IMG/VR virus record: IMGVR_UViG_3300005529_000009 | Location: 827-64,826 of that record | Direction: 5' to 3' (one strand) | Length of the DNA: 64,000 nt | Source of the DNA: a virus | Lineage: Duplodnaviria > Caudoviricetes | Shown: in pieces, positions 55,256-64,000 of the stretch | How positions within the stretch are numbered: the first letter of the stretch is position 1 | Layout of the letters: every line of letters starts with the position of its first letter | Notes under the pieces: generated by a model | Database searches by the model: none | What the model was told of the DNA's origin: nothing | The model's input: the letters and a program-made list of their open reading frames with translations, nothing else | Made by a program: the position numbers and the translations under genes

Positions 55256-55564
55256 ATGTACCTCGAAGAGAAATCCATTCCAGCCCCAGTTGTTGAATTA
55301 GAGCCGTGGCGGCAATCGACGCTTGATGCTGCCGATTACATCGATAAGCGCGGATGGTGTCAGAACAGATTACATGACGGCGAAAAGGTATGCGCCGTAG
55401 GCGCCTTAATCGCCGTGTCTCCAGATCTAAAGGTAGTGAATACCGCTCACGAAAAACTCATTGAGCAGGTGGGGGAACCTATAACGCTTTGGAACGACGC
55501 CCCCAATCGCACAGCCACTGAAGTTACCGCCGTCATGCGCGCATGTGCGAGGCGCGGGCTATGA
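55256..55564 (+). CDS. DUF6197-like hypothetical protein
   Basis: AADYI..RGWCQ, CAVGA and WND.P.RT..EV. Confidence 0.65.
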   Translation: MYLEEKSIPAPVVELEPWRQSTLDAADYIDKRGWCQNRLHDGEKVCAVGALIAVSPDLKVVNTAHEKLIEQVGEPITLWNDAPNRTATEVTAVMRACARRGL

Positions 55565-55758
55565 CCAGCGACGCATGGAAGGTCGTACAGACGCCGGATC
55601 GAATGAAGCACGTCATCCCCGCCGCCGACCTGCGGGTGCATGTGTACTCATCTGAATGCTGGTGTCGGCCATTCGATCCGTTCGCGGACCAAACCACGCT
55701 GGTCCACCAATCGATGGATAAGCGCGAAGAGTTTGAACTGGGACGGAGGGCACCATGA
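55561..55758 (+). CDS. hypothetical protein (H..S.CWC.P)
   Basis: ATGA coupling. Confidence 0.65.
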   Translation: MTSDAWKVVQTPDRMKHVIPAADLRVHVYSSECWCRPFDPFADQTTLVHQSMDKREEFELGRRAP

Positions 55759-56210
55759 CCTTTCAGCAACTCGGCCTACCAGCCGCCCGCGTCATAGCGA
55801 ACATCGAGCGGCGCAAGACCTTCCCTCTGAAGCGGGCAAACAAAGCCGCGCATGAATGCACGGCCAATGGCGGAACGGCACTCGATGCCATGTATGCCAG
55901 CATGCACGCTGGATTTGACCGATCGTGCGAGATCAATTCGCTCAAGCTTTCCATCCTGCACGCCATCAAGCTCGGGACAGGACATCCCTTAATCAGAGCG
56001 CGCTATGGCGAACGGGCGAGGATGCTCAAGGCATTGCCGATCGATACCGCCATTTGGGTGGTCGATAAGTGGTACTGGATCGAGCGCGGCAAGAGCGCGT
56101 TATCGCTCAACGTCCTCCGGGAAATGCGCGTGATGCTCAGGATGCTGCGCAGAAGTTCTTTGCGCGATCATCTGCCGGCGATCCTTTCTCTTGTGTGTGA
56201 GGACCAATGA
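55755..56210 (+). CDS. hypothetical protein
   Basis: GGAGG RBS; coupling. Confidence 0.65.
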   Translation: MTFQQLGLPAARVIANIERRKTFPLKRANKAAHECTANGGTALDAMYASMHAGFDRSCEINSLKLSILHAIKLGTGHPLIRARYGERARMLKALPIDTAIWVVDKWYWIERGKSALSLNVLREMRVMLRMLRRSSLRDHLPAILSLVCEDQ

Positions 56211-56286
56211 AACCTCTCCTGTACGAAGTCGGTGCGTTTGTGTCGCTAACCCTGTTCGTCATCATGATTTGGATATGGGTGATGCC

Positions 56287-56496
56287 ATGAAACTCGATGA
56301 TCACTGGGCTTCTACGAAAGAGCACGCGATTGCACTTGCCGTCCGCGCCATCGCTGTTGGGCTGGATGACCTGTGCGAAACCAATAATCTGACTCTCGCG
56401 GTTTCGGACTACCGCGAGCTGACGTTGGCCTGTCTGCGCTTGCAGAAACTTCTTACCGAACAGACCTACCGAAACGCCTTAAAGCGGGTGGGGTAA
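56287..56496 (+). CDS. hypothetical protein
   Basis: TAATG coupling to the nuclease gene. Confidence 0.55.
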   Translation: MKLDDHWASTKEHAIALAVRAIAVGLDDLCETNNLTLAVSDYRELTLACLRLQKLLTEQTYRNALKRVG

Positions 56497-57233
56497 TGAG
56501 CGCGTTCGACAAACACAAAATCCAGCATCTCAGCGCTTCTTGCATCAATACCTGGATCGACAATCAGGCCATTTGGTCTCTCAAGTACTTGGCGCGGGTG
56601 AAGGATGATGCCGGGCCGAAGGCTTGGCGCGGAACGGCTACCGAGTTTGGCCTGAAATCTTTGCTATTCGGCGCGACAATCGAAGAGGCGACCGCGCTTG
56701 CTCTTGTGGAGTTCGACAAGCTTTGTTTGGGCGAGATCAGTGATGATATTACGAAGCAGCGCGGGCTAATTCCAGATTTTGTAGCACAAGCCAATCAATG
56801 GCAGCTAGCAAATAAATTCGAGTTGGCGGCAACACAGCTTTTCATCGAAACATGGATACCGGGAATATCCATTCCATTCCATGGCTATATTGATTTTACC
56901 TTTATGAACGCACCCGACACCGACCTTAAGACAACCGAGCGACTAGAGTTAAAGCGTGATCATGTTCGTCAGATCGCAATATACAATCAGGGACGCGGAA
57001 CCGCGCAAAGCCTGCTTTATGTAACACCAAAAAAGTACCAGCACTTTGTCATTCCGGAAGACGAACTTGCATCCGCGCTGAAAGAAGTCCGCTCGGCCGC
57101 ATTAAGCCTTGAGCGCTTCTTGGATCGGGTTGATGACGCGCAGGACGCACTTCATCTGCTTCCTCTTAACACCGACCACTGGAAAATGAACGAAACACTT
57201 ATTGAGGCGCACGCGCAATTATTGGGAGCATAA
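56496..57233 (+). CDS. PD-(D/E)XK exonuclease (recombination)
   Basis: HLSAS.IN.W, RGTA.E, GYIDF, DLKTT and RQ.A.Y. Confidence 0.85.
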   Translation: MSAFDKHKIQHLSASCINTWIDNQAIWSLKYLARVKDDAGPKAWRGTATEFGLKSLLFGATIEEATALALVEFDKLCLGEISDDITKQRGLIPDFVAQANQWQLANKFELAATQLFIETWIPGISIPFHGYIDFTFMNAPDTDLKTTERLELKRDHVRQIAIYNQGRGTAQSLLYVTPKKYQHFVIPEDELASALKEVRSAALSLERFLDRVDDAQDALHLLPLNTDHWKMNETLIEAHAQLLGA

Positions 57234-57234
57234 A

Positions 57235-57729
57235 ATGCAAGAAGCAACGATCAAAGTCGAGTTTGTAAACGAGCCGGACAAAAACCCGGACTTCGGCAGC
57301 GTCAAGGCTGACGGGAAATATTGGGGTGTGCCCAAAAATATGCTGTCTCAGTTCGAGAAGGGGCAGACCTATACGATTGGCTACACCACGACCGAAGGGC
57401 GCAACGGCAAGACGTTCTACAACGTCAAGGAATTGCGCTCCCACAAACAAACGACAAATGGGGGCACTTCCCCGCATAATAATGGCAACGGCAAAGACCA
57501 GCACATGATTAGCGCGCTGGCGCTCTACAATCACAGCTTCCCCATTTATGCCGCACGGCTTGATGGACAAATAGACCGCACCGTCATGGGAAATTTCCTG
57601 TTCGAGTGCATGTTGGCGGTCGATTGGGGTCTGTCGAAACACAAGAAGTTCTGGCAACAAAAGGCAATCGCGGCAGCGGCACCAAAACCAGAAATCCCGT
57701 TCGATGATCCGGTGTCGGATATTTTATGA
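57235..57729 (+). CDS. putative ssDNA-binding/recombination protein
   Basis: OB-like N-terminus, acidic PFDD tail, follows the exonuclease. Confidence 0.5.
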   Translation: MQEATIKVEFVNEPDKNPDFGSVKADGKYWGVPKNMLSQFEKGQTYTIGYTTTEGRNGKTFYNVKELRSHKQTTNGGTSPHNNGNGKDQHMISALALYNHSFPIYAARLDGQIDRTVMGNFLFECMLAVDWGLSKHKKFWQQKAIAAAAPKPEIPFDDPVSDIL

Positions 57730-58220
57730 CCGATCACGCCGTCATAGCCGCTCAACTCGTGGACGCTCGCAACGTCGGGCTGCACAAATTTGTAAAGCTG
57801 ACTTTACACGTGCCCGCGGAACAGGCGTTGGATGTGGTGAGAGCCTTCGGATGGCCCACGGCCTCAGAGCCTGTTCCGGTCGCTATTGCCCGTCTTGATG
57901 TGGCGGCAATAAGAAAGGAGGTGGTGCCTGCTGAACCGAAACGTATCGAGCCCGCGTCGGTATTCCCCCCTCCGGCGCGGGCTCCTGCTGAAAAGAGATT
58001 GGCGCAGCTCGCCGGCATCCTCTGTCATGAGACGCGGTTCTGGAAATTTTTAAGCGAACATATTTCTCAGGACATCAATAGCGAGGAAGACGCAGCGGGA
58101 GCTGTAAGGGCGATATGCGATGTGGAGAGCCGGGCGGATATTCTTCCTGATACGGAAGCCTGGAGGCAATTCGACTTGTTGCTAAGCAAATATGCTGGAT
58201 GGAAGGCGGATTTGGAATGA
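57726..58220 (+). CDS. hypothetical phage protein
   Basis: AGILC....F..F...C.VESR pattern. Confidence 0.7.
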   Translation: MTDHAVIAAQLVDARNVGLHKFVKLTLHVPAEQALDVVRAFGWPTASEPVPVAIARLDVAAIRKEVVPAEPKRIEPASVFPPPARAPAEKRLAQLAGILCHETRFWKFLSEHISQDINSEEDAAGAVRAICDVESRADILPDTEAWRQFDLLLSKYAGWKADLE

Positions 58221-58414
58221 TTGGCTGGATTAGACGGAACGATGACGGCATCGTGATAGCTTTTTGCGATGTCACCTTTGCCGATCCGCAAATTCTCGGT
58301 GAATTTTCCGAGTCTGGAAAGGTCGAGTTGGTCGAGGCCGAACACATAACGCTAAATCGTCCGTTACCGGACGACAGTCGAGTGCTGCACGTTCTCGACC
58401 CGGAGGGGAAATGA
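58217..58414 (+). CDS. hypothetical protein
   Basis: ATGA coupling on both sides. Confidence 0.55.
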   Translation: MIGWIRRNDDGIVIAFCDVTFADPQILGEFSESGKVELVEAEHITLNRPLPDDSRVLHVLDPEGK

Positions 58415-58752
58415 TCCCGCGCGTGCGCTCTCAGAAGCACCTTTCATTCATCCGAGAACTGCCATGCTGTATTTGCGGAAACGGGACCACCGTGGAGGCC
58501 GCGCATATCCGCTTCACTGATTTGCGCGCAGCCAAAAATAACCCCGGTATCGGTGCGAAGCCCAGCGACACTTTCGTTTGCCCACTGTGTAATACGCATC
58601 ATAGAGAGCAACATGCCTATGGCGACGAAAAGAAATGGTGGGCGCAATACGGGATTGACCCGATTTTTGTCAGCCTTGCTCTGTGGCACGCATCGGGCGA
58701 CCACGAGGCTGGGCTGCAGATCATCGGGGCGGCGCAACTAAAGAGCAATTAG
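58411..58752 (+). CDS. DUF968-like HNH-fold protein
   Basis: HL.FIR.LPCCICG, EAAH and KPSD.F..PLC..HH.EQH. Confidence 0.8.
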   Translation: MIPRVRSQKHLSFIRELPCCICGNGTTVEAAHIRFTDLRAAKNNPGIGAKPSDTFVCPLCNTHHREQHAYGDEKKWWAQYGIDPIFVSLALWHASGDHEAGLQIIGAAQLKSN

Positions 58753-58761
58753 GGTTAGGTA

Positions 58762-58965
58762 ATGCGCATCGGCAAAAAGCTTTTTCAGGTCGTTTGGTGG
58801 GGTTTAGCCGAGCATTGGACCTGCTGGGGTTACTGGAGATGGCCACCGCTTGAGGAGCGCCTACGCGGAGAGACCGTGCTGCCCGGCAAGTGGATTAACT
58901 TCGGCTTTCATAGTTTCAGTTTTGGTCCAGTTGAATTGCGTTATTGGCCAAATAATCGAGCCTAG
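58762..58965 (+). CDS. Trp-rich hypothetical protein
   Basis: ORF track. Confidence 0.45.
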   Translation: MRIGKKLFQVVWWGLAEHWTCWGYWRWPPLEERLRGETVLPGKWINFGFHSFSFGPVELRYWPNNRA

Positions 58966-58980
58966 TTACGGAGACTAAAA

Positions 58981-59256
58981 ATGACGAAGATCGTTACGTG
59001 GGACATCGTGCCGGTAACAAAATTTCGCATCGTTCGGTGCGAGACAACCGAAGGTTATTTCGGAGAAGTTCCGTTGAGAGAACTGCCGGAAGCAATCACT
59101 TTTGCTGGCGAAGGCGGAAGCGTCGATCATATTGGCGAGTTTGATACCGAACGCCGGGCCGCAGAAGTTATGAAAGCGCTTCAAAAGGAAGAACTGGCAC
59201 AGATCGATCGTGGGGTAGCGCCTCTAATAGAGCACCACGAGAGCAATCAGCTTTAA
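58981..59256 (+). CDS. hypothetical protein
   Basis: GGAG RBS. Confidence 0.6.
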   Translation: MTKIVTWDIVPVTKFRIVRCETTEGYFGEVPLRELPEAITFAGEGGSVDHIGEFDTERRAAEVMKALQKEELAQIDRGVAPLIEHHESNQL

Positions 59257-59273
59257 CGGAGAAAGGAAACACG

Positions 59274-59477
59274 ATGGCGAAGTTTCCCAAAGCACTCTAC
59301 GTCAAATGGGGCGATGGTGGTACCGGACCTGATTATCTTATTTCGAGCAGCTCCCTCTTAGAGGCGGCGGAAATGGGAGAGAAGGCGACGGTCGGCGTCT
59401 ACAAACTCATTGGCACTCAGGAAATTCAAGGTGTTGTTGAGACACGACACATGAAGCCGACTCGATCACGCCAATAG
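59274..59477 (+). CDS. hypothetical protein
   Basis: AAGGA RBS. Confidence 0.6.
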   Translation: MAKFPKALYVKWGDGGTGPDYLISSSSLLEAAEMGEKATVGVYKLIGTQEIQGVVETRHMKPTRSRQ

Positions 59478-59487
59478 AGCATGACAA

Positions 59488-59745
59488 ATGATGACCGTTC
59501 TCAAGCCGACCTATTCGCTGTCGATTGAAATTCAGCGTCCTTTTCCTCAGCAATCGGCGAACAGCCTCCAGGGTGTTACGGTCGGTCCTGACGGCAACCT
59601 GAAAATTCCTTCCGGCCTGCCTCCATTTTGGGAAGCTATCAAAGGTACTGGCTGCGATGAAGTAGTTGCTGCGATCAAGGAACTGCTCGCGGAGCGTTTC
59701 CCAGAATGCCACGTCCGGTTGACTGGTTACAGCGAGGAAGCATGA
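59488..59745 (+). CDS. hypothetical protein
   Basis: ORF track; ATGA coupling to the next gene. Confidence 0.55.
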   Translation: MMTVLKPTYSLSIEIQRPFPQQSANSLQGVTVGPDGNLKIPSGLPPFWEAIKGTGCDEVVAAIKELLAERFPECHVRLTGYSEEA

Positions 59746-60170
59746 CCGCCTCCCCCGCCATCGTCCCCGAGGCCGAGCCGCAGCGGCGGCTTGATGTTGT
59801 CTCGATCGACCAGGCGCTAAAGGCTTTGCCGGTGCGCAAAAGCCGTCGCTGGTTATTAGCATTTTTGCACAGGACGCCCACTGACCCGCTCGGGCGTCCC
59901 TTGTACCGCGAAATGGGACGGGACAAACTCATTTACCTTGACCGGATGATCGAGGCTCTTCCATGCCCCTCAAAATCACCCCGCCCCGTAATAAAAAGAC
60001 GACGAGCCTCTACATCCGGGGGAGCTACCTTGGAGTCGCAGTTGACCAAAGTGCGCGAACTGACCGGCTCGCACTTGCCAAGAAAGTCGTCAAGCGGATT
60101 GAAGGCGAAATCGAGCGCGGGGAATACCGCAAGGAAAATCGAACTGATCGTGGACAACCGACATTCATAA
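59742..60170 (+). CDS. putative excisionase (winged HTH) overlapping int
   Basis: SIDQA...L...SRRWL..FL; GR.KL; directly precedes and overlaps the integrase. Confidence 0.55.
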   Translation: MTASPAIVPEAEPQRRLDVVSIDQALKALPVRKSRRWLLAFLHRTPTDPLGRPLYREMGRDKLIYLDRMIEALPCPSKSPRPVIKRRRASTSGGATLESQLTKVRELTGSHLPRKSSSGLKAKSSAGNTARKIELIVDNRHS

Positions 60171-61006
60171 GCGCGGCTATCGCTTACATGGAAACCGGGC
60201 ATCCGTCCCGTTACATTCAGCCCCTGGTCGATTACTTCCAGGACACCCCGCTATCGGACATAGACCAGGCGGCAATCGACGCTGCCGCAGTAGCCATCAA
60301 ACCCAACGGCACGCCGATGAATCGCTGTGCGGTCGTCTATACGCCAATCTCGGCTATTCTCCACCATGCCGGAATTGACATCACCATCCGTCGCCCGAAG
60401 GGGTTTGCGGGGAAAGAACGAAGCGATTGGCTGGTTCCAGAAGACGCCTTCGGCATCATCGAGGCGGCGGACAAGTTCGATCCCGAGTTTGCCACGCTGT
60501 TGACGTGGTTGCTCTACACTGGGGCGCGAATCGGGGCTGCCTTAGACCAGCGCCGCGAAGATATCCGCCTTGGAGACGACAGCGCCTGGGCGCGGTCACA
60601 AAAGGGCCAGCCCCACATGGACATCCGACTCCATCCCGATCTTAAGATCCGGCTTGCCGCCCTTTTGGAAAGCCACGACAGAAACCGCCTGTTCCGGCTG
60701 CATTACGGCGGACATTTGATTCACCAGCTCGTGCGGGCGAAACTCGCCTACCTTGGAATCGCTTGCCCACGGCGCCCGGAACGCGGCTGGCGCGAGCCGC
60801 CGAACAGGTTGTCGTGGCTGAACTTCCATAGCTTCAGACACACTTTCGCAACGTGGCTCAGGCAGGCCGGCGCTGACGTGCAGGGGCTTGTCGCCACGGG
60901 AAACTGGCGCAACGAACGAAGTGCACGGCGCTATGCCCATGCCGTACCGAGGGATGAATGGCAGCGGGTGGATCTGTTGCCGGCAATGAGAAAGGCAATG
61001 CGATGA
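59963..61006 (+). CDS. int: tyrosine integrase
   Basis: YTGAR, K, HSFRHT, GNW and RRY catalytic residues. Confidence 0.9.
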   Translation: MPLKITPPRNKKTTSLYIRGSYLGVAVDQSARTDRLALAKKVVKRIEGEIERGEYRKENRTDRGQPTFISAAIAYMETGHPSRYIQPLVDYFQDTPLSDIDQAAIDAAAVAIKPNGTPMNRCAVVYTPISAILHHAGIDITIRRPKGFAGKERSDWLVPEDAFGIIEAADKFDPEFATLLTWLLYTGARIGAALDQRREDIRLGDDSAWARSQKGQPHMDIRLHPDLKIRLAALLESHDRNRLFRLHYGGHLIHQLVRAKLAYLGIACPRRPERGWREPPNRLSWLNFHSFRHTFATWLRQAGADVQGLVATGNWRNERSARRYAHAVPRDEWQRVDLLPAMRKAMR

Positions 61007-61224
61007 CAGCCGAAGAAGAACTGCGACGATTTGGGTTTTACATTCGGCCAAATGTCGCTGGCGCACTTCGGCTTTATACCCGCTACGGAGTGCTGGGCGG
61101 CCAGATGAATCCGGGCGATTACGCGGAAGTACAGTTGTTTGCGGAGTCGCCTTTGATGGAGTTGGTGCAGCGAGCATTTGCGGAGCGTTTGGGGAAAACG
61201 CGGGGAGTGGCAAAATCAAAATGA
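61003..61224 (+). CDS. hypothetical protein
   Basis: ATGA coupling to int. Confidence 0.45.
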   Translation: MTAEEELRRFGFYIRPNVAGALRLYTRYGVLGGQMNPGDYAEVQLFAESPLMELVQRAFAERLGKTRGVAKSK

Positions 61225-61446
61225 TTTTCTCTAATGGATTCAATATATCGGCGTTTTCTATCCGAAGAAAACGCCGCATGGTGCAAATCCTTAGAAACCA
61301 GCGTATTTATTGAGTTTCCAGCGCACGTTGAGGTCGATTGAGTACGGAACGAAGCGCGAAAACGACGTTTCGATGTGGGGAAAAGACGGGAACCAAATCA
61401 CGATTCGTTCCCCTCGTTTCCTGTTAGGGTGAATTTGCGAACATTT
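61190..61446. other. candidate attP region
   Basis: Mostly non-coding gap after int; 11-6-11 inverted repeat at 61249-61276; arm-like repeats GGGGAAAA..CGGG near 61191 and 61377. Confidence 0.5.
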
Positions 61447-61797
61447 TCAAACCGTCCGCATCAAGGCGCGGCGACTGATCGGCCCAAAAAGTTGCTCCGG
61501 CGGATTGAAGTCGGCGCGTCGATCTTTCGGAGCTGCGCGCCACGCCTTATCTATGTTTCGGAAGAATTGCGCGTCAACGCCGAAAGCGCGGGTCAGCCCA
61601 TCGAACGTCTCTGGGTCAATCATCAGGTTGTCGTCCTGCACGCACATAAGCAGGTCAACGCAGCATAGATCGATGGCTGGATCACGTCCGGTGTTCATGT
61701 GGCGCACCACGTCCTCCGTCGTCCATCCGCGCTCAAGCATTTCGTCGCTCAATAGCTCAGCGAGGCAAAAAACTTGTGCCGGCATACGGTCGGTCAT
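61447..61797 (-). CDS. HigA-like HTH protein
   Basis: EL.DEM.ERGW...D; L..AFGV.AQFF.N. Confidence 0.55.
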   Translation of the reverse strand: MTDRMPAQVFCLAELLSDEMLERGWTTEDVVRHMNTGRDPAIDLCCVDLLMCVQDDNLMIDPETFDGLTRAFGVDAQFFRNIDKAWRAAPKDRRADFNPPEQLFGPISRRALMRTV

Positions 61798-61805
61798 AAT
61801 CGCTC

Positions 61806-62009
61806 CTATTTAACGTCGTACATTTTCGATGCTTCGGCTTTCAGTTCGTCCCATGTAGTCGCTGTCGTCGGCTTCCAGTGGGGACAGCCAAAGTGGTTGC
61901 CAGTCCTAAGACACATCGGGCCGGGACCATGATAACAGCGCCCGCTGCCAAGTGCGCACTCGCCGTAGTGAGCGGCGAGGTATTCGGCAAGTTCATTGCG
62001 AGCGAGCAA
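61806..62009 (-). CDS. small Cys-rich hypothetical protein
   Basis: ORF track; array junction. Confidence 0.5.
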   Translation of the reverse strand: MLARNELAEYLAAHYGECALGSGRCYHGPGPMCLRTGNHFGCPHWKPTTATTWDELKAEASKMYDVK

Positions 62010-62023
62010 CTAAATTCTCTCGT

Positions 62024-62284
62024 TTATTGAGTTTGCTGTTGCTGGAACGCCATGCGCTGCATAGCGGACGAGCAATCATCGCATAAAGGAGATGATTGCA
62101 GACTTTGCGCGTATTCGGGGTGTCTGGAGTACAGTTCCTGGCGCGCGGCGGCATCTCTCAATAATTGAGAGGCGCTTATGGAGCGATGGCACATCGGACA
62201 CTTAAGCTCGAAACTCGGCAACACGTCGGCCTCCCCTAAAACCAATTGATTATTACAAAGATCGCCGGAGACAGCCCGTGCCAT
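62024..62284 (-). CDS. hypothetical zinc-binding protein
   Basis: CPMC...CDDC. Confidence 0.5.
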   Translation of the reverse strand: MARAVSGDLCNNQLVLGEADVLPSFELKCPMCHRSISASQLLRDAAARQELYSRHPEYAQSLQSSPLCDDCSSAMQRMAFQQQQTQ

Positions 62285-62953
62285 CCGTGATCAAACCCTA
62301 CAAATACCGGAAAGAGAGCGGCACCAACAGCTAACGAGGCGAACGTCGTTGTAAGTAAGATGGCTCCGTTACTCATAACCGCTCCTATTCGTTTCGATCT
62401 GGATAGACGATCGCCCATATCTGTAGTGATGGTACGTAATAGGCAACGCCACCATAGGGAATGTCATAAACTTGTGGCGTGCCAGGGAAGTAGATCACTC
62501 GCATCCGCTTGCGCACATTCGCCTCCGATGTTGTCAGGTCGATTGTGTGGATTTGTATTCATCGCAAAATAAAATCCATGGTTGCCAGAGTTCGTGCCAA
62601 AACCATAGAGCGTCCATTTTCCCGGCTCCTTATCGAGAAAGTTGTTTTGCGGATAACGATGTAATCTCGGCGTCCAGTTTTTTCGCTTCGTCAACTAGCC
62701 GCTTTAGTTCGCGGCGAAGCGATGCACGGTATATTATTGCACGTTCAAGGGCTGTAGCATCTTTCGTCCGAAATTGTTTACCGCACTTCGGGCATCTGAT
62801 CTGAGCCACGGCGGCAGCCCTCCTAATGTTTTACCGGCCATTTGCGATCAATCCACCGCATCATCAATGCGCGGGCGACCAAGCCGACGCCGAGGATCAA
62901 GCCCAGACTCACGATGAGAAAAGTGTATGTCGCAGCTTCCTTCACGTCGGCTC

Positions 62954-63148
62954 CTATTTTGCGTTTGCTGTTTCCGGCAAAGTCACCTTCCAATTCGGAT
63001 GCTCGGTGCCACGAGCGAAAGCAATCCCGTCAATGACGCCCGCCGCGTAGTACCGACCATGCGAGTCAGCGTCGGGATTGTCCTTGAGCCAATCGCGCCA
63101 TTTTTGTTCCATCTCCGAAAGCGCGCCAGCGATGATCCATGCGGTCAT
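62954..63148 (-). CDS. hypothetical protein
   Basis: GGAG RBS. Confidence 0.55.
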   Translation of the reverse strand: MTAWIIAGALSEMEQKWRDWLKDNPDADSHGRYYAAGVIDGIAFARGTEHPNWKVTLPETANAK

Positions 63149-63160
63149 GAAAAATTCTCC

Positions 63161-63421
63161 CTATGCTACCGACTTTTTGAACTTTTCTTCCGGGTAGTAA
63201 CTAGCCACGACATAATCGTGATCCCATTCTTCAACGAGAAACCGAAGGCAAGCGAGTTCTTCGCGGCTGACATTGTGATGTGACACTGGTGGATGCCAGT
63301 ACCCAACACCACACTCGGCCCAACCGCGCGCCAAGAGAAAATCCGTAGGACCAGCATCGCTGATCTCGTCGCCGAACCATTCGCCCATCAGGGCGCGCAA
63401 CTCATCTGTCGTTTGCGGCAC
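63161..63421 (-). CDS. hypothetical protein
   Basis: AGGAG RBS, GTG start. Confidence 0.65.
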   Translation of the reverse strand: MPQTTDELRALMGEWFGDEISDAGPTDFLLARGWAECGVGYWHPPVSHHNVSREELACLRFLVEEWDHDYVVASYYPEEKFKKSVA

Positions 63422-63430
63422 GGTCGCTCC

Positions 63431-63676
63431 TCAACTTTCCGGCAGGTTACGAACGAACTCGCGCACGTCGATTGGCTCAACGCCGCTTTTCTCAGGAAAA
63501 TCGTATCTCACTTCCTCGTAGTTGCCGCGTTCGATTTGGTCGAGCGCCTTGTTGACCTCGGCGCAAAGTTCTTCCGGCGTGCAGCGGCGATCGCCAGGAA
63601 AAATATTGAAGTTGAGCAGCTTGCGCTCTGGATCGTTGCACAGCCGGTCAATCAACCGCGTCTGTTCCGGCCCCAT
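63431..63676 (-). CDS. hypothetical protein
   Basis: AGGAGG RBS, ATG at 63676. Confidence 0.65.
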   Translation of the reverse strand: MGPEQTRLIDRLCNDPERKLLNFNIFPGDRRCTPEELCAEVNKALDQIERGNYEEVRYDFPEKSGVEPIDVREFVRNLPES

Positions 63677-63686
63677 GTCGGCCCTC

Positions 63687-63878
63687 CTAATTTGACTTAG
63701 CCGACTTACGGACCTTACCGATAATTCTAGCGATAGCGGCGAGACCGGCGTCATTGATAGTTGTAACTGTGTCGAACCCAGCATCCTCATCTGAGATGCC
63801 ATCGCACATGAGGAGGGCCAAGTTGATGTGTCTAGCCACATCAAGGTCGGATTTGTCTCTATAGAAATCGTCCACCAC
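63687..63878 (-). CDS. hypothetical protein
   Basis: AGGAG RBS, GTG start. Confidence 0.6.
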   Translation of the reverse strand: MVDDFYRDKSDLDVARHINLALLMCDGISDEDAGFDTVTTINDAGLAAIARIIGKVRKSAKSN

Positions 63879-64000
63879 GGCTCCTAATCGGTTTTCCCGG
63901 ACTTACTGGCGATTCCAGCAGCTACGCCAATAAGTCCCCGCTTGCGCGGCAGTACCACTCCGGCGCTGGTGCGATGTAACCTGCATCGTGCTGGGCCAAA

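Noticed and set aside
56496-57233. Cas4 as evidence of a CRISPR system
   Set aside because: Lacks the Fe-S cysteines and sits in the recombination operon; it is an ordinary PD-(D/E)XK exonuclease
60596-61279. 227-aa - strand ORF
   Set aside because: Antisense to the integrase, with no motifs or RBS

Overview
The window is most of the genome of a temperate, short-tailed (podovirus-like) dsDNA phage; no host chromosomal genes are visible. GcrA, two DnaA-domain-IV proteins, a Rap1a-like gene and a NusG paralogue point to an alphaproteobacterial (probably Hyphomicrobiales) host. Layout: (1) 58-2628, a + strand array of small ORFs behind a strong sigma70-type promoter; (2) 2669-53219, one long - strand block read right to left: cro, replication/GcrA/DNA methylase, NusG-like antiterminator, terS/terL, portal, GroES-like, scaffold, decoration and major capsid proteins, adaptors, a glycosyltransferase-methyltransferase cluster, fibre/GH-A hydrolase module, tail hub, GNAT, ejection proteins (one with a lytic transglycosylase, one ending in a HiPIP-like domain) and an unusually large lysis/envelope cluster; (3) 53313-61224, + strand cI, accessory genes, recombination genes, xis and a tyrosine integrase, then a candidate attP; (4) 61447-64000, a - strand array of small ORFs. 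The best leads are: a shared x-x-x-G-G peptide motif in about 28 copies across seven otherwise unrelated proteins (a possible capsid-targeting or processing tag), including a paralogue in the early operon; three gene insertions that each duplicate and synonymously recode the terminus of the target gene; stereotyped, shared junction sequences in both small-ORF arrays; and a Trp-rich repeat protein that may be a docking scaffold for fibre modules. All calls come from reading motifs by eye; no database searches were run.
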